Origin: a virus
DNA: 64,000 bases
IMG/VR virus record: IMGVR_UViG_3300036886_000363
Span: 19,437 to 83,436 of that record
Reading direction: 5' to 3' (one strand)
The notes below the pieces were generated by a model. It saw only the letters and a list, made by a program, of their open reading frames with translations. It was not told the DNA's origin and searched no databases. Made by a program: the position numbers and the translations under genes. This document shows positions 1-8,601 of the stretch, piece by piece. The stretch's first letter is position 1. Each line of letters begins with the position of its first letter.

Positions 1-2821
1 CCCAGTCTACAGGGAAGAAGAATGTTTTCTCCTCTATATAATTCAGATGAGAAGCAGGGATATCCAGAGCCAGTAGTTTGTCTATATCGGGAAACATGAG
101 ATCAAGATTTCCCCTGAGCAATTTTGGATACATGAGTTTCTTATCAGTGAATACTCTGAAGGAAAAATACTTCCCGACATCTTTTGCAGGCTCATCCCCG
201 AAGGCGCCGATCTCCGTTAACATTTTTTCCAGCTTGCTCATATTCTCTGTTCCCGTCCGGACATTAAAGAAGCCCTGTAGTTGGTTATTGCTCCTTTTTC
301 TTGCAGTCATACATTCAACAGCTGTCACTTCTCCAATTCCCTTGATCTCTTTGAAAGGGATATAAAGAGTATGATTTTTGGCAATCCATTTATCAGCATC
401 GGAAACACCGACCTTTGGCAGGACAATCTTTAGTCCCAGACGATAAGCCTCTTCGATCAGCTCTATTTTTTTTCTTGCATCTGAAGATCCATATGTCAAA
501 TTTGCACAAATAAATTCTGTCGGGTAATGATATTTAATAAAAGCAGTCCAATATCCGATCATTGCATATTCAACAGAGTGAGACCTGTTGAAAGAATAGT
601 TGGCATGCTTTTGTAATGCAGTCCAGAATTCTTCTGCCTCTCGATCCGAGAAGGTCTTCAATTTTCGACAGCCTTCTATAAACGAATCTTTGAAGGGTTT
701 GAACTCTTTTGCATCTCGTTTCTTGCCTATGATCTTGCGGATCTTATCGGCCGTTGCATAGGATAGGCCGGCAACCTTATGAATGACTTCCATGATCTGC
801 TCTTGATATGTTATGATTCCGTAGGTGTTTGCAGTGATCTCTTCATATATGGGATGTTTCTTTTCCCACCTCTCCCCTCTTTTTCTCTTGATGAAATCAT
901 CTGTCATGTGGGAATCAAATGGCCCGGGCCGGACAAGTGCAATGATATCTCCCAGAAGACTAAAATTATCTGCTCCAATATCTTTTGCAAGTTTTGATGT
1001 CGCCCATGCACTAAATTGAAAGACACCAACATTGTTGCCCGCAGATATCTGAGCAAGGACATTTTTATCATCGAGGGGGATCTTCTCAAAAATGATATCT
1101 ATACCATGATTCTGTTTGATAAGGTGTTTTGCCTCACTCAATATTGATAATGTATTCAGTCCGAGGATATCCAGTTTCATCAGCCCGACATATTCGGAGT
1201 CTTCCATATCCCAATTTGAAACAACATTTCCTGATCTCATAACGAGAGTGCATCGGGTTCCCTGAGTCAGATCATCCGCAGAGACAACAACAGCTGCGGC
1301 GTGCTGACCTGTTCCCATAACCTGCCTTTCCAGTTTGATTGCATGCTTGATGACATCTGGATACTTGCGGGCAAATGCCTTGCCTTCCTCTGTATCTCTT
1401 ATCGCTGATTCAATGATATCTTCATCTGGAGTTGTCTGGGCTGCGTTGTCTATAACTTTTGCAAATCCGTCAACTTCTTTATTCTCGATGTCAAAGACCC
1501 GTGCGACATTTCTAATCGCTGCCCGGCCTTTCATTGTCAGGAAGGTGGATAGAGACGACACATTTTTTCTGCCATATAATTCTTCAAGGTGATCTCTGAT
1601 TAAATGTCTCTTGCGATCTTCAAAATCCAGATCGATATCCGGAAGATCAATTCGTTCATCTGATATGAAGCGAGAAAACAAAAGGTTGAATTTAATCGGG
1701 TCGACGGTAGTGATTCCCAGCAGATAAGCAATCAGTGATCCGCCTACACTACCGCGACCCGGGCCAACCATGATATCATTCTTTCTGCACCACTCTGTTA
1801 ATTCCCAGACAATCATGAAATACGGTGCGAACTTTTTGTCATGAATAATTTGCCATTCTTCAATCAGTCGATCTTGATATTCCCTTTTTCCTTCTGGGAA
1901 AATCTCAAAGAGTTTTTCCCTACAAATATCCATGAGGAATTCTTCCGGATCAGCATTTTTATATGCCGGAACCTTTGGCAAATAGATGTCTTGTTTCTTG
2001 ATTGAGAATCCTTTGCATTTTTCTGCTATCTCTATTGTTGACTCAAGAGATTCTTGAATATCGTAATCGCTGAGGATTTCTTGTTGCCTGAAAGCATCGA
2101 TCATTTCCTTTTCTGATCTCAGATGTAATCCATTGATTTCAAATTTATATCGATTTGTATCTGTCCATTTCGCCTTTGTCTGTATGGCAAGCAGTACTTC
2201 ATGAGTCTGATCGTCATCGGCATTTATATAATGACAATCATTTGTAGCCACCAAACGGATATTCCAATTGTCTGCCGTCGAGACACAGAAAAGATTTGTC
2301 TGTTTTTGCCCGGCGAAATTGTGAGGCATTACTTCAAGGTAAAGATCATCTCGAAGCTTCTTATTTAGATCACGGAGAAGATCGATTCCTCCCGGGAGAT
2401 TGACAAAGGAGCTGTGACAGCCGGTCATGATAACCATCCCCTCACAAAATTCATAAAGCAGATCGAAGTCAATCCGGGGACGATGATAGAATCCTTCAAG
2501 ATTGGCAATGGTCAGCATCTTGCACAGATTCTGGAATCCCTGCTCATTCTTTACAAGCAGGGTTACATGCCCTCTGACCTCTTTTTCTTTGATTTCCAGC
2601 TTCTCGACGATATAGGCTTCGCATCCGAGGATTGGAATGATGTTTTGCTTTTTACAAGCTTTTTGGAATTTGATAAGACCGTCAATATTTCCATGATTTG
2701 TTAGTCCAAGATATCTCTGGTCAAGTTCTTTGGCTCTCTTGACATATCCTTCAGCCGTTCCAAATCCATCAAGCAAACTGTATTCATCATGCACATGCAG
2801 ATGACAAAAGTTATCGCTCAT
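1..2821 (-). CDS. dnaE: DNA polymerase III alpha subunit (3' end runs off the window)
   Basis: Manual translation from ATG 2821: MSDNFCHLHVHDEYSLLDG (PHP domain), later GPGRGSVGGSLIAYLLGIT and DLPDIDLDF catalytic motifs. Absent from the ORF track, presumably because it has no stop in the window. Confidence 0.95.
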   Translation of the reverse strand, partial: MSDNFCHLHVHDEYSLLDGFGTAEGYVKRAKELDQRYLGLTNHGNIDGLIKFQKACKKQNIIPILGCEAYIVEKLEIKEKEVRGHVTLLVKNEQGFQNLCKMLTIANLEGFYHRPRIDFDLLYEFCEGMVIMTGCHSSFVNLPGGIDLLRDLNKKLRDDLYLEVMPHNFAGQKQTNLFCVSTADNWNIRLVATNDCHYINADDDQTHEVLLAIQTKAKWTDTNRYKFEINGLHLRSEKEMIDAFRQQEILSDYDIQESLESTIEIAEKCKGFSIKKQDIYLPKVPAYKNADPEEFLMDICREKLFEIFPEGKREYQDRLIEEWQIIHDKKFAPYFMIVWELTEWCRKNDIMVGPGRGSVGGSLIAYLLGITTVDPIKFNLLFSRFISDERIDLPDIDLDFEDRKRHLIRDHLEELYGRKNVSSLSTFLTMKGRAAIRNVARVFDIENKEVDGFAKVIDNAAQTTPDEDIIESAIRDTEEGKAFARKYPDVIKHAIKLERQVMGTGQHAAAVVVSADDLTQGTRCTLVMRSGNVVSNWDMEDSEYVGLMKLDILGLNTLSILSEAKHLIKQNHGIDIIFEKIPLDDKNVLAQISAGNNVGVFQFSAWATSKLAKDIGADNFSLLGDIIALVRPGPFDSHMTDDFIKRKRGERWEKKHPIYEEITANTYGIITYQEQIMEVIHKVAGLSYATADKIRKIIGKKRDAKEFKPFKDSFIEGCRKLKTFSDREAEEFWTALQKHANYSFNRSHSVEYAMIGYWTAFIKYHYPTEFICANLTYGSSDARKKIELIEEAYRLGLKIVLPKVGVSDADKWIAKNHTLYIPFKEIKGIGEVTAVECMTARKRSNNQLQGFFNVRTGTENMSKLEKMLTEIGAFGDEPAKDVGKYFSFRVFTDKKLMYPKLLRGNLDLMFPDIDKLLALDIPASHLNYIEEKTFFFPVDW

Positions 2822-2980
2822 CGATTCTCTCTTTCTTGATTTGTTCTAATCGATATTTGAATTCATCTTGGAATTCTCCACCGATGCAAGAATAATGAAG
2901 GTGTAAAGGCGGTCAGCCTGATAACCCATAAGTGTCTTCTCACGAGGAACGGTTATATTTCCTGCCAAGTAGATTTTCAT
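2811..2980 (-). pseudogene. Mini-gene paralog 5 (MKIYLAG...RLYTF), apparently frameshifted
   Basis: Frame 0 stops at 2846 (44 aa). The -1 frame continues HYSCIGGEFQDEFKYRLEQIKKERIDER to a stop overlapping the dnaE start. Confidence 0.6.
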
Positions 2981-3144
2981 TGTTTACTACATCCCAGAGC
3001 ATAGAAGGCTCCAACCGATGATATGATTATTCCAAGAACGTACTTGCCGGGAAATTCAGGAGCAAAACTAACCAAAGTTAATCCTGCAAACATAGCTATC
3101 GTTCCGAGTGCTTCTTTTTGATATGGAGATATTTTTGTTTTCAT
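2977..3144 (-). CDS. 55-aa membrane protein with two hydrophobic segments
   Basis: MKTKISPYQKEALGTIAMFAGLTLVSF...VLGIIISSVGAFYALG; ATGA-coupled to the next gene. Confidence 0.6.
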   Translation of the reverse strand: MKTKISPYQKEALGTIAMFAGLTLVSFAPEFPGKYVLGIIISSVGAFYALGCSKQ

Positions 3145-3151
3145 AATTTTC

Positions 3152-3339
3152 TGGAGGAGACGGGCATCTTCGGAAGCCTTTCACAATCAGGATATAACCG
3201 GCATCTGACTGCTCTTTGAAGCGCATACTATTTTGGAGCATAGACATAGCCTTATTAGTCGCTCCCCGGTCACTATTAGATGTTTTCAGACCGTCTCGCT
3301 ATCGCTCCCACTCAAAGTAGTTTTTCTTGTCCCGTCTCC
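3152..3339 (-). ncRNA. Putative 188-nt structured ncRNA with terminal stem and 3' UCCA
   Basis: GGAGACGGG/CCCGTCTCC closing stem followed by TCCA; nested stems GGAGC/GCTCC, ATAGC/GCTAT, CGGTC/GACCG, GCAGTCAG/CTGATTGT; no credible ORF. Confidence 0.5.
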
Positions 3340-3346
3340 ATCTGTC

Positions 3347-3420
3347 TGGAGGCGGTGAAGGAGGGTCACAGTTTTCCTCCTGCTGTAACAGGATTTGCTC
3401 CGCATCTCCCTCCCACCGCC
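3347..3420 (-). ncRNA. Putative 74-nt tRNA-sized ncRNA with acceptor-like stem and 3' UCCA
   Basis: GGCGGTG/CACCGCC 7-bp stem followed by TCCA; GGAGGG/CCCTCC extension; internal TCCTG/CAGGA hairpin; no TTC T-loop. Confidence 0.5.
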
Positions 3421-3428
3421 ATAAAATT

Positions 3429-4448
3429 TTAACCCGGTTTGAGAGCCATTAGGTGCTGGAAATTCCCGGCATCAAATAAGGCTCGATTGTCTTTGTAGAT
3501 CATCTTGGAGCTGTGTTCAAGTATCTTCAAGAGGAACATTGGATTAATCGAGAAGATGATCTTGTCATGAGAGGATATGATGTCTGTTTCATTTTCGATC
3601 TCGCCGACCTCACTCTTGCCGCGACACCTGATTTTATTCTTCTCAATCTCGATCTCCACAAGTTTATCAGTATCAAATTCCCCTTCTGTAAGAATCGCAG
3701 CTGTCTCAATCATTGCCCCGATATCTTTTGGCAGATCAATCTGAAGCCCCTCAAAGTTTTCAAAATACTTTGAGTAGTCATTGAATTTGCCTTCGACCAT
3801 CCGGCAACAAAAGAGGACATCATCTTTTGTTGCGAAGAATGCCCATCCTCCGGTGACACAATAATCGACTACCGGAAATTTGATAAGCTCTGTGATCGCA
3901 GTTGCCGGGATCAGGATCGAACAATTCATTGCCTTCTTCATCTTGTATTGGCTGATCCTGAGATCATCGGAAGACATTATATAATCGTCTTCAATGAGCA
4001 GACAGGTCAATGATGGGTGGCTCATGTCTTTGGAAGCCGAGAAGGAACACAGCTCCGCGCCGGCGACAAAATCTTCCGGCAATGGTTCCAGTTTCTTCAT
4101 GATCGCTCCCAGCTCCAGAGTCTTTATCATATCGAGGACCTTCTCTCCAGATGAAGTGGCAAGGCTCGCTTTTGTCTTCGCACTCTTGATCTTCAATTTG
4201 TCCTCTTCAAGGGTTAGTTCGACATCCTCAGCCGACATCCCTGCCATGATCTTATAGAATTCATTGGCAGAGATCGAGCATTTAAAATCTGAATCGAAGG
4301 GGTGGATAATACAAATCTGATCGTTGTATGTCATAACATCCTGGCCAGTAAAAATGAAATGTGTTGCCGCCTCGACGATCTCACGGCGGGCTAATCCGGG
4401 TTTTATTGCTGTTAGAGCTTTTACTAATTCTCCCCTTTTTACTTTCAT
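3429..4448 (-). CDS. DNA polymerase III beta (sliding clamp)-like protein
   Basis: About 340 aa with clamp-like motifs (SSDDLRIS, ILIPATAITEL, RMVEGKFNDY, FSINPMFL); RBS GGAGG before ATG 4448; near dnaE. Confidence 0.8.
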   Translation of the reverse strand: MKVKRGELVKALTAIKPGLARREIVEAATHFIFTGQDVMTYNDQICIIHPFDSDFKCSISANEFYKIMAGMSAEDVELTLEEDKLKIKSAKTKASLATSSGEKVLDMIKTLELGAIMKKLEPLPEDFVAGAELCSFSASKDMSHPSLTCLLIEDDYIMSSDDLRISQYKMKKAMNCSILIPATAITELIKFPVVDYCVTGGWAFFATKDDVLFCCRMVEGKFNDYSKYFENFEGLQIDLPKDIGAMIETAAILTEGEFDTDKLVEIEIEKNKIRCRGKSEVGEIENETDIISSHDKIIFSINPMFLLKILEHSSKMIYKDNRALFDAGNFQHLMALKPG

Positions 4449-4465
4449 AACTCCTCCCTTTATTA

Positions 4466-5272
4466 TTATTGGCTGGCAAAAACCGATTGCCATCCTTCCC
4501 TATCTTTATTTGTTCTACCATGACATGGATGACACAATGTAATAAAATTATCAAAACAGTCGTTTTTCTTATCATAATCTATATGATGAATGACCAATCC
4601 TTGTTTCAAAAGCATCCCTTCTAATTCATTTTCATGAACAAAACATAACTGACATGCATTCCCATCCCTATCTTTTATTATTTTTTTTAAGTTTCTTGAC
4701 CAATTTTGAGAATATGGTTCTTTTGAAATGCCTCCTTGCCAATTAGAATTATTTTCTCCAGTATGTTTTTTCTTAACTTCAGGTTTGTTTTGAGCTATTT
4801 TCATGTTTGCTTTTGCTTCTTCTGATTTTGGTTTCCTCATGTTTTGTTTTGCTTCTTCTGATTTTGGTTTCCTCATGTTTTGTTTTGCTTCTTCTGACCG
4901 CCTTTGCCCAAAATTACCTTCTTTTATTTTATTCCTCGTTTCCTTAGAACAACGTTTAATTCTCGCATCAGTTTCAGCGGTTAATCCCTTTTTTGAAGAA
5001 ATTAATCCTTTTCTTGATTTTCCACTATTTTTACCATATGCAGCAACTCTTTTGTCCGTCTCTTTTGTAAATCCTTTATTCCAAGGTATTTGAGATCCTT
5101 TCATTCCTTTATTCCAAGGAGTCCGTCCCAAATTATGAGAATTTCCTTTTGTGTGATGATTATGAATATATATGTTCCAATTATAAGGAGGAATTTTACT
5201 TCTCTCAACAGGATATCCACAATTACATTTACATAAAGGAGGTATATTTTGAGACTCTCGCTTGACTTTCAT
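4466..5272 (-). mobile_element. Free-standing HNH homing endonuclease with NUMOD3-type repeats
   Basis: CKCNCG, PWNKG and SEEAK repeats, RDGNACQLC...VIHHIDYDKKN...LCHPCH; AT-rich relative to its neighbours. Confidence 0.85.
4802..4897. repeat. 36-bp coding tandem repeat (SEEAKQNMRKPK, ~2.7 copies)
   Basis: Direct repeat visible in both DNA and protein of the HNH gene. Confidence 0.85.
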
Positions 5273-5442
5273 TTCTTCCTCCTTAGTTTTGATGATGCGA
5301 TTCCTGTTGTAACATATTCCGGCAGATATTCCTTCTGCAGGTCTTTCAAATGGAAATAGGAATAGAGCCTGCTCTTGACTGATTGTTTGGTGAGGACGAC
5401 CGCTTGATTATCCTCCATCCATGTTGCGAAGTAGACTTTCAC
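5269..5442 (-). CDS. Mini-gene paralog 4 (57 aa, intact)
   Basis: GTG start coupled to the upstream stop; MKVYFATW...SRLYSYF. Confidence 0.75.
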   Translation of the reverse strand: MKVYFATWMEDNQAVVLTKQSVKSRLYSYFHLKDLQKEYLPEYVTTGIASSKLRRKK

Positions 5443-5606
5443 TTCTTCTTCCTTTTTATCTTCTTTATCTTCTTCCAGATATGGAGAACCCGGCGACATT
5501 GATTCTTTGGATCGAGGGCATAGGAAAACATACGATATAACACTCCTGATTTTCTCAGTTGATTTGAATATTTTGGCTCGCCGCCTCCGACAAAGTAGAT
5601 TTTCAT
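5439..5606 (-). CDS. Mini-gene paralog 3 (55 aa, intact)
   Basis: MKIYFVGGGEPKYSNQLRKSGVLYRMFSYALDPK...KRKKK; overlapping start/stop coupling on both sides. Confidence 0.75.
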   Translation of the reverse strand: MKIYFVGGGEPKYSNQLRKSGVLYRMFSYALDPKNQCRRVLHIWKKIKKIKRKKK

Positions 5607-5756
5607 TTATACCTTTTTATAAGATGTTCCCATTCAGCTTTGCCATCTCCAGTTTGGATTTCAAAAAAGCTGACGAGTTTTGGTTATATACTTCATCCAA
5701 ATTTCAAGTCTTCCAATATTTTGAATTCCTGACATCCCCGCAAAGTAGATTTTCAT
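5603..5756 (-). pseudogene. Mini-gene paralog 2, frameshifted
   Basis: MKIYFAGMSG...MKYIT stops at 5661; the +1 frame continues KLVSFFEIQTGDGKAEWEHLIKRYK to a TGA coupled to the next ATG. Confidence 0.65.
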
Positions 5757-6703
5757 TTGAAGCCGAAGCCTTCCACCTTCTTGATCTTGAAAGCCCATGG
5801 CCATGGAGGCAGATTGTCCTGGAGATCGAGAAAGTATATGATATTCAGTTCATCTCTGAGACGATAGTCATTGCTCAATCCGGCTGTCTTAATTAATTCT
5901 ATGATCCCGTCTTCTTTCCAAGCCGTGATCGGTTTATATCCCATGCCCATCTCGACATATTCTCTCTGGGCGTCTGCAAGCTCTTTCCCATACCAGCGCT
6001 CGCCTTCTTTAGGTTTGTAAGTTTTGGGATCTTCCTGCCGGAACTCACTTTCACCCATCTCAAATCCTTTGGCCATAAAGTACTCGAGGATTTCTTTCTG
6101 CTCCATCTGAGAATATGTCGAGAAGTGCTGTCCTTCCTCTTTGTCTTTAGGAGATCGATTGGAGACATTGATCGTCATCGAGTTCTGCATATAATCATAC
6201 TTGCCCATTTTTTTCTTTGGGACATAGACAGCTCCGAAGCGCCCGGTCAAAACCCAACTTGTCGAATCAACAGAATACCATGGAAATCTGAGCATGAGAT
6301 CAAGAGAGGTCATACCAAAGCCATGGATTTTGACTTTTGGCATTCCCTTGTCGTCACAGATAAATTTGGAGAAGAGATTGTCGAGCCATTCTATTAATGA
6401 GACATTAGGGATCGGGACCATGCCTCCCAGAGAGACATAATCATAATTGTCCAGGTAATTTGTGAGGTAGTTTAAAGGCTCGCCATAGTGAAAGCAGGGA
6501 ATCGGCTTCAATCCGGCATCCTCCATGATCTTCTGATTCTTTAATGTCTGGACGGGATCACCGATTGCATCAAGGACAGAATAGTGATCGAGATAATCAA
6601 TGTGATCCTTGATGAATTGGATATACTCTTGAATATTGATCTCGATCTTTTTTGACCATGCAGAGTATGCACCCGAGTCTAAAAACAATTCCACCTTTTT
6701 CAT
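5753..6703 (-). CDS. TGT-fold (DpdA-like) putative DNA 7-deazaguanine transglycosylase
   Basis: LFLDSGAYS, VLDAIGD, PCFHYGE, SLGGMV, KIHGFG, WYSVDSTSW motifs; sits in a folE/queC/queD/queE cluster; RBS-like GAGG before ATG 6703. Confidence 0.75.
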   Translation of the reverse strand: MKKVELFLDSGAYSAWSKKIEINIQEYIQFIKDHIDYLDHYSVLDAIGDPVQTLKNQKIMEDAGLKPIPCFHYGEPLNYLTNYLDNYDYVSLGGMVPIPNVSLIEWLDNLFSKFICDDKGMPKVKIHGFGMTSLDLMLRFPWYSVDSTSWVLTGRFGAVYVPKKKMGKYDYMQNSMTINVSNRSPKDKEEGQHFSTYSQMEQKEILEYFMAKGFEMGESEFRQEDPKTYKPKEGERWYGKELADAQREYVEMGMGYKPITAWKEDGIIELIKTAGLSNDYRLRDELNIIYFLDLQDNLPPWPWAFKIKKVEGFGFK

Positions 6704-6884
6704 TTTGCCTCTTTCGTAGACCTCCCAAAGTTTTGTCGCTGGTTGGAGCTTACCTACTTCAATGCTATAATATGACATAAGTCTTGATGTCATACCGACA
6801 CTTGCCATCCATCTTTCTTTCAAGCAAATCGATTTCGGCAACTCCACCCGGACGATCTGCATATGAAGCAAGATAGAGTTTCAT
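6704..6884 (-). pseudogene. Mini-gene paralog 1, frameshifted, second half in frame with the DpdA-like gene
   Basis: MKLYLASY... stops at 6765; the +1 frame gives ERWMASVGMTSRLMSYYSI and reads on into MKKVELFLDSG. Confidence 0.6.
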
Positions 6885-7798
6885 CTTTGTATCCTTGCCA
6901 TGAATTCATCTTTGCAACCGTTCCGATTTTCCGCAAAGTATCCCCGAACGGCGATGGGTTCATAAGGGGAATTCCACTTTTTGACTCCTCTCATCTCTTT
7001 GCAAAGATGCCGGGCCTTCATGACCAGTACTTGCCCGAGTGGCTTTGTCACTTCTTCAAAATAGTCAACAACATTATTTATCAATCTCTCTGCAATTTGA
7101 AGTCTCCCAGAATAATAGTCAATGACCCGCGCGATCTTGCTTGTTCCCATGATCCATTTATCTGGAATGTAAGCATAATAATATTCTCCGAAGAAAGGAA
7201 TCATGTGATGTTCACAATAAGAAAAGAAGTATCCTGAGTCAATGAGCATCTCATTATAAATGACTCCATCGATGCCATTTTCAAAAAGAGTTACTTTTGG
7301 CATGCGGGCAGGATCATAAGCGCAGAAGAATTCATTATACATCTTTGCGATTCTCTGGGGAGTATCTTTGAGCCCGGGCCGATCAGGATCTTCTCCGATA
7401 AATTCGAGGATGCGGACAATGTTATCTTCGATGGTGGAATCTGCATCACTGACTTCCCAGAAGTATTGAATCCAACCATCAACTTGATTTGCATGATAGG
7501 TTGGCAAGGAATCTATAGGAGTTGTTGATTTGATATGCAGGCAGGCAAAATCGTGTTGTGAATATCTCTTTCTTGTCTGCCCACTATCAACAACATCATC
7601 GACAACAAGAGTCTCTCCCACCCATGCGATTTCTGTCATTGGAATTTGTAATAGATGAGACAGATCTATCGCCAATGGGATTCCTCCCCGTGGAACACCA
7701 TAGATATTTTTGTATGTTCCCCCTGCCTGCATGATTTGCTGTGCAAGCTTTGCCGCATCTCTATAAAAGTCGTCCAGACTATAGATAATGTCTATCAT
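6881..7798 (-). CDS. folE: Phosphoribosyltransferase - GTP cyclohydrolase I fusion
   Basis: N-terminal YGVPRGG and LVVDDVVDSGQT (type I PRTase); C-terminal GEDPDRPGLKDTPQR, SYCEHHMIPF, RLQIAE, HLCKEMRGV (FolE). Confidence 0.9.
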   Translation of the reverse strand: MIDIIYSLDDFYRDAAKLAQQIMQAGGTYKNIYGVPRGGIPLAIDLSHLLQIPMTEIAWVGETLVVDDVVDSGQTRKRYSQHDFACLHIKSTTPIDSLPTYHANQVDGWIQYFWEVSDADSTIEDNIVRILEFIGEDPDRPGLKDTPQRIAKMYNEFFCAYDPARMPKVTLFENGIDGVIYNEMLIDSGYFFSYCEHHMIPFFGEYYYAYIPDKWIMGTSKIARVIDYYSGRLQIAERLINNVVDYFEEVTKPLGQVLVMKARHLCKEMRGVKKWNSPYEPIAVRGYFAENRNGCKDEFMARIQR

Positions 7799-8472
7799 TT
7801 CTTCACCGGGCTTTCATATTGAATAGGGTCGGTTCTTCCGATATTTGCAAAAGCCTCAAGTCTTTCCTGACAAGAGCCGCATTTCCCGCAGCTTAGAAAT
7901 TGATCTTTGTAACAAGTTCTGGTCAGCTCGTAGGGAACAGCAGGAGAGATTCGATATCCCAATTTTAAGATTGAAGTTTTGTTATCGTAAAGAAAGGGAG
8001 CTGAGAGCTGCACCCTTGCTCCGGATCCATCGACGACTGCTTTCTGCATCGAGAAGATAAACTCTGGTCTGCAATCTTCATAAATGGCATGATCGCCTGC
8101 ATGAACTCCAACTGCAACAATATCGGCTCCAATCGACCATGCATATCCCATCATGATTGCGACGAAGATAGTGTTTCTGCCGGGGACGACTGTCTGAGAC
8201 ATCGATGCATCGTTATAATGACCTTCGGGGATATCTCCGCCTGTCTTGAGAAGATTGGATTTGAAGAGCTGGCCGATGAAGGGGAGATCGATGTTGACAA
8301 TTTCAGGCAGCTCATAAAACTTCGCGATCTTTTCAGCTGCCTCTGTCTCGTATTTGTTGTGCTTGCTCCCATAATTAAAATTGACAGGGTGTATCTCCGC
8401 TCCGAGATGTCTAAAATACCCACAAAGAGTAGCACTGTCCATACCGCCGGATAGACCTAACACTACTTTCAT
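7795..8472 (-). CDS. queC: 7-cyano-7-deazaguanine synthase
   Basis: SGGMDS, VPGRN, YEDCRPEF, TRTCY...CGKCGSCQER. Confidence 0.95.
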   Translation of the reverse strand: MKVVLGLSGGMDSATLCGYFRHLGAEIHPVNFNYGSKHNKYETEAAEKIAKFYELPEIVNIDLPFIGQLFKSNLLKTGGDIPEGHYNDASMSQTVVPGRNTIFVAIMMGYAWSIGADIVAVGVHAGDHAIYEDCRPEFIFSMQKAVVDGSGARVQLSAPFLYDNKTSILKLGYRISPAVPYELTRTCYKDQFLSCGKCGSCQERLEAFANIGRTDPIQYESPVKK

Positions 8473-8507
8473 ATCTCTGCCTCCTATATAATGTTTGATA
8501 TTTGATT

Positions 8508-8540
8508 ATATTATATCATGATTTTTTGCTGTGCGATAAA
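8508..8540 (-). promoter_or_regulatory. Class A promoter (ATCGCA...CATGATATAATAT)
   Basis: Motif recurs at about 9244, 13345 and 17908, each upstream of a minus-strand gene; contains a perfect TATAAT. Confidence 0.7.
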
Positions 8541-8542
8541 AT

Positions 8543-8575
8543 AAAAAGGGGGAGCATCAATGTGCTCCCCTCTCT
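8543..8575 (-). terminator. Intrinsic terminator
   Basis: GGGGAGCA/TGCTCCCC hairpin followed by a T-run on the minus strand, downstream of the 8602 gene. Confidence 0.8.
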
Positions 8576-8601
8576 TCAGATAGAGGCACAATCACGAATA
8601 T

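Noticed and set aside
3347-3420. Canonical tRNA gene
   Set aside because: Length, acceptor stem and CCA fit, but there is no TTC T-loop, no standard D-arm and no 7-nt anticodon loop. Kept as an unknown ncRNA.
4802-4897. CRISPR-like repeat
   Set aside because: In-frame 36-bp tandem coding repeat with no spacers; no cas genes or arrays seen in the window.
6704-6871. ORF-track start (MLHMQ...) for the TGT-like gene
   Set aside because: TTG without an RBS. Better explained as the shifted second half of the mini-gene starting at 6884, with a separate start at 6703.
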